This document shows, one piece after another, positions 53,476 to 64,000 of a DNA stretch of 64,000 bases. The translations under genes and the position numbers were made by a program. The DNA is taken from contig NC_042998.1 in the NCBI RefSeq assembly GCF_006345805.1, forward strand, positions 146,692,001 through 146,756,000. The letters run 5' to 3'. The notes beneath the pieces were generated by a model that did not search any database, was not told where the DNA came from, and worked only from the letters and a program-made list of their open reading frames with translations. Position 1 is the first letter of the stretch; every line of letters begins with the position of its first letter. This stretch comes from Octopus sinensis (taxonomy: Eukaryota).

Positions 53476-56400
53476 CTTGAACAACTTTCAGGATTCTGAG
53501 GCTTTACAAATTCCTACTTTTCTTTATTTACCACATTTTACTATTATTTTGTAATATTTTTAATTGCTTTATAGATGATAGGTCATCTTTTTTTTATTTG
53601 AAAAGTTTTTTTGTTTTTGTTTTTGTTCCAGTTGGAAACATGTCCAATCAGTACTCAGAAAAATCATTTTCATGTTATTGAAGTAGTCATGTCATAAATA
53701 CTAATAAAATATTACCTTAAAATCATATTGAGTAGCCTCTTTTTCTCAGCCTTAAACTCTTATCTGTAACAATTTGTCATTGATATTCAACAAATTTTGC
53801 AAGAAGTTCAATGTGAGAGGAGGAATAGGAATAATAAGGAATTCAGTAAAATAATTTTGTCATTATTTAGTGGGTGTTTAGAACATGAATCAACATGAAA
53901 TTTTGATGGTTTTAATTTAGATCACTTTAAAACAGGAATCTGTAACAGGTTGGTTGGTATCAAAAGGGTTAAATTGACTTAACAATTGATATAAAACTCA
54001 CAAACAATTTATATAAAACTACAAGTTCAGAATATTATACATTCACATTGATGAAATTTTACCGGTGAGTGTGTTCAATTATAAGGCACAAAAAGGAAAT
54101 GGCTCTCTCCAGACACAACAAAATACATTCGCACATTGTATACTTTAATAATTCCTTAAATAGATATGGTACCCCAGGCAACTATCTTTAACTGGTGTAT
54201 CAGTGAATCTGTTGTAATACATAATTATTGTGATATGCAAAATTCCAACCTATTGTACCTTGCATCAAATTTGAAATATTAAGCAATTTTTCAATAAAAA
54301 AATAATATAAAGAGAAAAATCAATAAATTGTTAGTAACTAGCATTGATATAAGAGACATTTATTAATTCAATGGACCATTTGATTTGTTCAACTTATTGA
54401 ATAGGTGATAAAATGAACTTAAATGTCAACTGAAACAGCAAATGGGAAACAACAGTAATAATTAGTTCATCTCTAAATAAGCTACTGGCCATATTATAAT
54501 GTCAATAATGAGGTAGCAGTAGTGATTTAATTATTTTATAGAATCTTAGTTTACTGGAAAGCTTTTATGTTATACATTTTAAGTTGTTTGTACATTTTTT
54601 AGCTCACTAAAAATTAAGGTTAAAAAAAGAATAAAGCTATCAGAATCTTTGTATATCTTTTTTATTTTAGTTATATCATCATTGACATCATCATCGTTGC
54701 TGTTTTATTATCCCACATTTCCATGCTTTATAGATTGTGTGAAATCCACTGATGCACATTTTCTATAGCTCTTCCTGTCACGAACCTTCACCTGTTCCCA
54801 AGAAATGTAATATTTCCCTAATACTTTGAACTCAAACAGATCAATGGCTAGACATGTCTTACAGAAATTGCAAACAAATGTTGCCATTTATATGAGCAGT
54901 GAACTTGCTTATAATAATCACATGTCAAGACAAGGACACACACACACACATCATGTAGTTGGGAAGTGAACTTCCTAACCACACAGTCATACCTGCACCT
55001 GTGAAATCTAATATATTAAATGGGATTTCCTTATGCTAATAATATTTTAAAATATATCCAGTACTTTTAGCAACTACATCAAGGAAGAACCATTCTAGCC
55101 ATTTAATAATGCACAAAACTGTTGAATTTACTTGTTGTTTCCTAAAGTGCCAAACTTTTCATCACTCAACTGTGACTTAGTCACTGCAACTCAGTGGAAC
55201 TGTGTCAGTGACCTAGTTACAGACACGCAACAAAAATTTAAACACCTAATGAAATAGATGTAAAGTCTTATTAAATAATGTGAATGGTTCATTTACAGAG
55301 TAGTTGTTCAAAACATGCCCTCAGCAAGTCACTTGCTAGATAAGTACAATTGCAAAAATCCCATATACAAAATAGTAATTCTGAAATGAATTGTTAGTAA
55401 CAATCAATACCTGAGTTTTGAACTAGTTTCACCACATTTTAGGTATTTACTTTAAATCTTATAAATTTAATAATTCTTTATGTGATTAATGGTGAATTAA
55501 CTCTTTGAATAATATAGATAAAAAAAGAAATATATTACAAGAAATTATGAAATGACTGAATATTTTATTGATAAAGTTTTTAAAGAGGCATATTTTATAA
55601 ATCTAAGATAAATTCAATTAAAAGCTTTTCAGAGACCAACTACAACAGTGTTATTTTTTAATGGTTTTTCAATTAGATTTCATTGGTAAAAAATGGCTGG
55701 AAATTGAGAAGTTTAATAGATAATGAAGGAATTACAATTCAATAGAAAAATAAATTATTACTGTTAATGAATCGTATATAAATTAAAAACAATTTTTCTT
55801 AAAATTTTAAAAGGTTTTCGTTGTTTCTCATGTTAACATGAGTAAAAATATCATAGGAATGCTGAAGCTATTCTTTAACTACAGTATTATCTAATGCTTT
55901 CTATATTCTAAATGTATTAGTCTCCCATCCATAATTCAGCCCTGCATCAAATGGGCTGAATTGTGGATGGGAAATTGAGTGTCCCAGGTGAGGGACCCAG
56001 ATAAGCATCAGACTACTAGGCACAATAATTGCTATTATTAATAAAATAAGGAAAACAAGCCAAAATGTCACTGTTAGCACAAACTGACAAAAAAAAAAAC
56101 TGCATTAACGTAAGTTGTTAGTTATGTGGGGAGGTCACATCATCTCATTGTACTGCCTTCCTCAGCATACATAACCTACATCTGTTATGTCTGCCATTAT
56201 TTAAGGGTTGCATTAACTTAAACATTTTTTAATTATATAAATGAAAAATTCTCCTAGCTTGTCAACTATTTTTAATGAGTGGATAAAAACAAAAAGCCAA
56301 AAATATAAGTTTTGTATTCTGTATGGCAATTCTCTTGACCAAAGTGTACACAGCTATACAGCTAATCTATACAGCTAAGTTGAAATATAGTATTTATATA

Positions 56401-58282
56401 CTGTAGTATAGTTATAATAAATTTATGGCTTCATACTTTATTCCAGTATACTGTCAGAACATAGTATTTACATGTACAAAATCATACATCATCCTTAGAA
56501 AATCACTTTAAAATATCTTTGAATAAATGCATGATGAAACTTTGTCCCCCTCCCCAAATATACTTGTGTAGTAGGGGGGGGGGTCTCATACACTGGAAAA
56601 TATAGTACTTAATACCTTTCATATTGCTAACCACTTATCCTTAGAGTAGAAATGATGTTGATTTTCTTCATTTTGGAAAACTGAAATAATTCTGCTTTCC
56701 ATAAAGAAAAATGGCAAAAATATAAGGATTTTAGTTCATGACTTCATACACAGTAATAGTTCAATTGATTGTGCATAATGTTGAGCTGGAACATTACATC
56801 TCAGTTTTATAGCCTGACACTTATTAATTTTTATTACACATTCATCATCACATTGTTTTCTATAGAAATGGTTGTTTACTGACAATGCAGCTAAGAAGAT
56901 TTAGTTTACAACAGAATCAGGACCAAACTATCAGCTGTGATGGACTAAAGACAAGACAAGTTAAGCTTCTTAGTCAAAGCTAAGGCAATCAGTCTACAAG
57001 AAAACTATATATAAAAAAACCCACGTGGTTAGTATCAAGTGTTTAATAATTTCATATCATTTTGTTGGTAATGACACATGATTCTAAACAGCAATCTGAT
57101 TAGAAAGATGCTGAAGAAAATATTACAACAAAGAGATGTTGGGGTAAATAATTTTGAACAAGAAGAACTGTGGTTTAGAAATAGCAATTAAATACTCAGA
57201 AGTCTTCAGTAGACGTTCTACAGAATTCAGTTATCCTTTGTTGTGTATAAAACATCTTGAGATTTATACACATGGTTGAAGACAGTGAGAAGATTACTCT
57301 TTAGAGGAAACTGGTTATTAAAGTCATAAGAGTATAGAAGCTCTTTGCTGACTGATCGCCAAAATATGTTGCTCTTTAGTTCTAGGTTAACCCTGAGCAA
57401 GCAGAACTATGATTATAGGTGATCCAGCTATGATCAACTTACTTTTTTGTGAGTATCTAAAACTACATTTAGAATAAGAGGAATTAGATTTTGTGTGCAA
57501 GAGAGAAGACTGTGTGATGCATATGGGTGAGGACAGGTGTATAAAGAAATGCCAATCACTTAAAGTGGATGGAACTTGTGGAAGAGACCCAAGAAGACAT
57601 GGGATGAAATATTGAGGGCTGATCAAGATGCTGAGCTTTAAGGAGACAACAAAGCACTGAGATATCTGGTACCTTGCTGTGCTTCAGAAAACCTGCTCAC
57701 CACAACAGAATTAATACCCTAAATACTTGTACATGTGAAGCTCTGCTCTATCAAGCTTCCACTACATCTTATTCCCTACATTTGAGAGCAGAATAGGCAC
57801 ATACTACACACACGCACACCACCTTTTCATTTTCTCCTCAGAACCACTTCTATTCCTCATTAATCTTTCTCCAGTCATGCTCTCTCCCCTCTGCTACACT
57901 CAATCCTTAGAACCACCACCATTTTACATTGTTTTCTCAATACCCTTACATATCTAACATAACCCTTCCCCCTAAGCCACTCCTATATCTCATTACATTT
58001 CATATGTGAGACTATATTATTATTATGGGAAGCCACTGTTTAGTGCTACCAGCCAATATATGTTGACTGGAATATCATAAGAGAGATTGTCTCTCTTATC
58101 AGCTTGTAGCACCACTGTCCAGTTTCTGTGACTGAAGAGGAGATAGTCACTCCTAAATGCTTGCATATCAGTCTTGATAGGTGGTGCTGCAGGCTGATTT
58201 AGGGGTATTTACACCATTTGTCTAGGATGAGAAATTTTCTCTATGACAGAACACAGTGAATGGCTTGTTTACAAGTTCGAAC

Positions 58283-58960
58283 GTACCACTGGCATTCATA
58301 TTATTATTATTGATTTGGCTCAGTACCACATTGCATTTATATTATTATTATTGATTTGGCTCAGTTTCTGTCTTATTTCTGGCAGGATTTATGTGGGTAG
58401 CACATAAATATCCACTTGTTTTCATTAATCTTTTCTGTCCTTAAGAGTCAAACTTTCTGTAGAAGCTCACCAGGACATTTTATTCCAATCTTGCACCTAT
58501 TATTATAGGCACAACCTTTACAGTTCTCATATTCCAAATTTTTGCAATTTTAAATTTTATGGGATTGTATTTTTTTGTTTTTCATCTTCTTTCTTTATGA
58601 TCCTGGAATCAAATGGACATGATGGATCAATTAGTAAGCAACTTCACTTTTCCTTGTTTATTATGTCTGGCCTATTATTTTCTAGCTTCTTGTCTGTTTG
58701 AATAGGAAAGTCCCACAAAATCTTACAATTCTCTGACTCCAACACTCTTTTGACCCACAGTTTATGCCATGTGTCTCCAGTTTCAAATACCCATTTCTGG
58801 TAAAGCTTCCAGTGTAAAACTTTTACAAGTTGGTCATGTCTCCATTTCTTATATTCTACCTGTACCAACTTAGGACATTTTGCAACAATGTGTGCCAATG
58901 TCTCATTCCAAGTTCCACAGACTCTACATTTTTCTGATACATTCTCTCTGTATATATTTT
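58283..58960 (-). mobile_element. R4/Dong-type non-LTR retrotransposon 3' fragment (restriction-like endonuclease)
   Basis: CRVCGTWNETLAHIVAKC (CCHC), RHDQ and ILWDFPIQTD...NRPDI motifs, ending in a (TAA)n tail. Confidence 0.8.
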
Positions 58961-59989
58961 TCAAGTTATTTTTTTTATTGCTTGACCCTGGACTGCTACA
59001 ATTAGGTTGTGTTTCATCATCATCATTATTATATATCTCACCCTCAGTTTCTATAGCCACCTCTAACCATCTCCCCTCATACTCTTATGAAATTTTCTCC
59101 TGTTCCTCCACCCAGTCCAAATTGTCTGTATCTCTTCACCTATATTCTCCTCTATCGTACCTTGAGGGTAAGTCCTGATACCATCATCTCTCCCACTCTC
59201 TACATCTCTTTCTTTCTAAGTCTCCTTCTCCCTTCACCTCCAACTGGGATATCCTTGTGTACCTTCTACAGCAAGGCACCTATCTCTATCCCTCTATTAT
59301 TTTTTTAACCTCTCACAACTTGCACAAAATCACCTCTCTTAATACTACTCTCCCCAGACTAGGAGACTGTCTTGTCTTGCAAGTTACTTGGTGACCTTGC
59401 TAGTGCCATAAAAAAATGCATCCAGTATACTCTGTAATGTGGCTGTTGTTAGGAAGGGCATCCAACTATAAAAATCATGCCAAAACAAACAAGAGGTTGA
59501 CAGAGTCCTTTGGCTTACCAGCTCTTGTTAAACCGCCCAACACATGTCAGCATGGAAAACAAATGTTAAATGATGATGACATTATCCAATGCGACTTCCT
59601 TTTTTTCCTCAAAATGGTAGGGTTTGATTTGAGAGGAATTTGGTTGCTGTTTCTAGTAAACCAGACAACCATATAGAAACTTCCTTATAATAATTACTAT
59701 TGATGTTTTGTTTTAATGTGAGGTGTCACTGTGAGAGATTACTGGATAACCAAGAATAGTTAAAGAATAGAAAATCATGAAGCAGGTGGTCATTATTTGA
59801 TGATTTTGCTCAATGACAGTCATGAGCACTCTATTGGTTTGCTTGCTAATTTTGTTTGATAACGAGCATTTAGAATGTGCCTACAGTGCACTGTCCAATC
59901 GTTTGGACAGGGCTTTAGTGATAAGAAATTTTTTTCTCTAGAATTACATCTCCTACATCAGGGCATATCTTCTAAGGTGGAAACTTTGT

Positions 59990-60145
59990 GTGTGTGTATA
60001 CATATATACATACATATATGATACACATATAATATATATAAATATATGATATATATAATATATATATATAAGATATAAATATAATATATATATATACAAT
60101 CATATAAGATATACATAAAATATATATATACATACATATTATATG

Positions 60146-60186
<41 letters not shown>

Positions 60187-60387
60187 TATATATAGATATA
60201 TATAAGAGATACATATAATATATATATATATATATACACATACATATAATATATATAGATACATATAAGATATACATAATATATATATATATATGGTATA
60301 CATATATACATATATATATACACACATACATATATATACATATAGATATAATATATCTATATGGTATACATACATATATATATATAA
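59990..60387. repeat. TA-rich microsatellite
   Basis: Interrupted (TA)n. Similar tracts lie at 21555-21612, 25815-25867, 32910-32953 and 63165-63310. Confidence 0.9.
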
Positions 60388-60584
60388 ATAGGTGAATGAA
60401 TTATCCTACATTTATCGTCAGCATGGAAAATTCGTTGAAACGAAACCTGGGCAGCAAATTCATGTCAGAAACACGGTTGAAGCAACCCGTCCAAGGGTAG
60501 AAACTCCGGGTTCATGTGCAGAAATTTGTGTGTTGTATATGAATAAATGAAAGAATGGAGTCGAACGAAGATGTTAACAAAATT

Positions 60585-60677
60585 CCTTTACTCTCGACAT
60601 ATGTTTCGAAGACAACATGGTTTCATTCCAAAGGAATAAAGGGTGCATTATGCAATCTTCTCATCAGGAAAGAAAGG
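60585..60677 (-). ncRNA. Type I hammerhead ribozyme with canonical core
   Basis: The minus strand reads CCTTTCTTTC-CTGATGA-GAAGA(43 nt)TCTTC-GAAA-CATATG-TC^GAGAG-T-AAAGG. All core nucleotides, a GUC cleavage triplet and stems I-III are present. Confidence 0.82.
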
Positions 60678-61614
60678 GAGCCTCTCTCGACAACAAGACA
60701 AACAAAAATTGCGATGACTGCCTATATGGTAAACAAAACGATAATGAGTGTTTTTGAAAAAACCGTTAGAAGAATTGACGTCAAAGATAGATAGTAGGAA
60801 GAGACGGGTTAAAGGAATAATAGGTAGGGAACAAGTGGAGAGGGAAGTGTACGTTGACTGAAAGAATGTTCGAAGGCTTAGGAGAGAATTTCGCTATTGA
60901 AGCAGAGTGCACGCTAAGCTAATTGTTCAAACCACAGTGACTATCATTGTCATTTATATGAGTAGAAAGTATGTTTCTGCCAGTGTTTACATTTGTATGA
61001 TTTTTCTATGAGTGTGTTTACAAGGGGAACCTTAGAGAAGAGAAAATGGAAGAGTTCAGAGTTGCAAATGTTACAAATTCTCCTGCCCTTATCAAAAGGA
61101 AAGGATACTGACAGTATGAACCAATCTACCTTGAAATTTATATTGTTGTCTTTAAGACGCCAAACTAATTTACTTAGCCCTGTACTATGTCGTTTTTTAC
61201 TATCCCTGAATGTTGAATAATGGTTTGAAATTCTCTTGGATAACTGGGAAGTGGACGCTCCTATATAGAAGAAGACATCGGTACCGGAAGAAATTGCATA
61301 TTTTGTGCACGCATACATGTTCATAAACAGAAATGAATGGGAAAAAATGTTGTTAAATTTGTAGATTAACACTTGCACGATTTTCACTAAGAAAAAAAAT
61401 CGTTTTTTTTTGTGTGGAATCAACTACTTTGGCCTCCTAATATGCTACAAAACCCTTTTTGTGGTCTGTGAAACGGAGTGGGGTGTGGTGGAAACCTCGG
61501 AAATTGTACCCATTTATATTGTGTAATTCACTGACAAACTGTTACCCACCTCTTTGTTTCTTTGTTGTTAAATAAATGGATTCTCAACAAAACACTTTTT
61601 TACTTGGCGTAAAT

Positions 61615-62040
61615 CATCATCCTCATCGTTTAACTTCCCCTTTCCATGCTAGCATGGGTTGGACGGTTCAACTGGGGTCTGGGAAGCCAGAAGGCTGCAC
61701 CAGATCAGTCAGATCTGGCAGTGTTTCTACAGCTGGATGCCCTTCCTAACGCCAACCACTCCGTGAGTGTAGTGGGAGCTTTTTATGTGCCACCGACACA
61801 GGTGTCAGATGAGGCTGGCGAACGGCCACGCTCGGATGGTGTTTTTTACGTGCCACCGGCACGGAGGCCACTCGATGTGGTACTGGCTACGGCCACGTTC
61901 GGATGGTTTTCTTATGCGCTACCGGCACTGGTATCACAAAACTACAAATTCCATTGATGTTCATCGATTTTGATTTGATTCTTTGATTTTTTTGATTTTC
62001 ACTTGCCTCAACAGGTCTTCACAAGTAGGGTTATGTGTCT
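61615..62040 (-). mobile_element. RTE LINE 3' tail inserted in the Penelope-like element
   Basis: Same tail and repeat units as 2933-3245. Confidence 0.8.
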
Positions 62041-62555
62041 CTTCGCATCCAAAGTGAAGTGTGACAGAGAGGGGGTGGAGAAAGATGAACAATTTAAAAT
62101 AAATATATTGTAATTGTTGTGTGAGAAAGTATATATACTATGATTATAAAATATAGTGTCTTTCAAAAACATCCTGAATATGAACACTATATCTTGTGTT
62201 TAAGAAAAACAAAACATCTTATTTTTTTATGAACATCGTCACTTACTCTCTCTCACTTTGTCTTTCACATATTTTTTTGTTTAGACATTGTGAAATTCAC
62301 TTTTCTTTATCTTTTTTTTTTTTTTGTAAGACGCCGTCAAAAAGCTATGACTGAAAATAGATTTTTACTGCTATCCGCAGGTGCCTTGGGAGAAAAATCA
62401 GTTGACAAAACCCAGAGAGGGTGTTGACGAATGTCCTCCAAAAATTGGAACGACATGCGTGCTAATTTGTGGACGTGCATAAACTACAATCCCGTACAGA
62501 CACACACACACATCATGCCTTTTATAGATACAGATATATATATATATATATATAT

Positions 62556-62843
62556 CATCATCATCGTTTAGTGTCTGCTTTCCATGCTAGCATGGGTTGG
62601 ACGGTTCAACTAGGGTCTGGGAAGCCAGAAGGCTACACCAGGCCCAGTCTGATCTGGCAATGTTTCTACGGCTGGATGCTCTTCCTAACGCCAACCACTC
62701 CATGAGTGTAGTGGGTGCTTTTTACGTGCCAGACGAGTGTGGCAAACGGCCATGATCGGATGGTGCATTTTATGTGCCACCGGCACGGGGGCCAGGCGAG
62801 GCTGGCAACGGCCATGAACGGATGGTGCTTTTTACGTGCCACT
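62556..62843 (-). mobile_element. RTE LINE 3' tail
   Basis: Same tail and repeat units, flanked by (TA)n on both sides. Confidence 0.8.
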
Positions 62844-62845
62844 GA

Positions 62846-62878
<33 letters not shown>

Positions 62879-63226
62879 GATATACATAAAAAATATGGCT
62901 AATATGAGCATAATGAGACACCCATATCCTGCATGGCCGAAACAGCTGTAAGATGTAGTTTATATTTATATTTGTATTTATTTATATTCACTTATACATA
63001 CCGTACTTATTGTATCATATTACTCTTTCATGTACATTGTTTTGTTCTATATTATTATGTTTGACCTTAATGTTCATATGTAGTGGTTTAATAAATTATG
63101 TGATTGGGTATTATCTGGTAGTTGATCATTGATGTATTTCTCCATTTTCTTATTTTGTATATGCATATATACATATGATATACATATAATATATATATAT
63201 ATATGATATGATATGATATACATATA

Positions 63227-63268
<42 letters not shown>

Positions 63269-63274
63269 ATGATA

Positions 63275-63310
<36 letters not shown>

Positions 63311-63312
63311 GA

Positions 63313-63696
63313 CTAGCAGTATCGCCCGGCGTTGCTCGGGTTGTAAGGGAAATAACTATATAAGCATTTTTAGAGAGTTATAGCCAAAAAATAGCAAAAA
63401 AATGCATTAAAAATTGAAAAAAAATTAAGGTAAATTTTTTTTTTAAATCGTTGACACATCGTAGATATTTTTAGAGAGTTACTTCCCTTATATAAAAGCG
63501 AAAAAATGCATTAAAATGGAAAAATATGATGGTAAATTTTTTTTAAATCGTAGACTCATGCTAATACCCAGAAGGGCTCGATATGAATCACGACTATAAG
63601 ATACCCGCTTTTGGTTAAACTGCACCGCAAAATGTGGGAGTAGTTACGAATCTAAATCGAAGGGGACAGACACACAACTTCACTCTTATATAAAGA
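63313..63696 (-). mobile_element. Short non-autonomous Helitron
   Basis: Its 3' end (plus strand CTAGCAGTATCGCCCGGCGTTGCTCGGGTT) is identical to that of 48679-50123. Its 5' end reads A|TCTTTATATAAG on the minus strand. Confidence 0.8.
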
Positions 63697-64000
63697 TGCT
63701 TTTTTTTTTCAGTCATAGAGTTAGATTTATGAAGGTCTTCAGTAGAAAATCCTTCGAATTCTGACTCGCTGCTTGATATAATGAAATTCGTATCCATTTT
63801 TTGTCAGAATTACAAATTTTGAAAACACAATAGGAACAAATTTCGGAAAAAAATCTCCCATAATTCACGGAATTAAAATTACACTTCGATTTTTGTACAA
63901 AACTGTAGTTGAAGTGTTTACGAAGTATAATACGTGTTTTCACGAATGTACTAAAGAGATTTACTCTGATATTCTCATTTAAATATGAATAGGTAAATTC

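Larger units (their letters stand above)
60388..62520 (-). mobile_element. Internally deleted Penelope-like element (Hydra-type GIY-YIG), interrupted by an RTE tail
   Basis: The endonuclease C-terminal half YIGAST...KRISNHYSTF...STGLSKLVWRLK...CNICNSE...LVN...KCKH (60950-61290) is followed by a hammerhead and a (TA)n flank. No RT is visible and the 5' boundary is uncertain. Confidence 0.7.

Overview
This is AT-rich, repeat-dense animal genomic DNA. The SINE, RTE-tail and Helitron families resemble those of octopod cephalopods (inference). The only host gene I can support is a diacylglycerol lipase (DAGL alpha-like) on the minus strand. It has two coding exons, 14979-15190 (212 bp) and 4818-4919 (102 bp), with canonical AG/GT splice sites and compatible phases. 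I could not find its conserved ATG exon or its later exons, so most of the window is probably intron. The rest is decayed mobile DNA: mariner, maT, Chapaev, Tigger and piggyBac DNA transposons, four non-autonomous Helitrons, RTE-, BovB- and R4/Dong-type LINE pieces, Penelope-like elements, tRNA-derived SINEs and long (TA)n microsatellites. The most notable non-coding signals are a canonical-core type I hammerhead ribozyme downstream of a Penelope-like GIY-YIG ORF (60585-60677, minus), several minimal or degenerate hammerhead remnants, and two ~700-bp near-perfect palindromes that would form long dsRNA in the pre-mRNA. No prokaryote-type system such as CRISPR is supported. Everything was read by eye, so repeat boundaries are approximate unless a TSD or terminus is cited.
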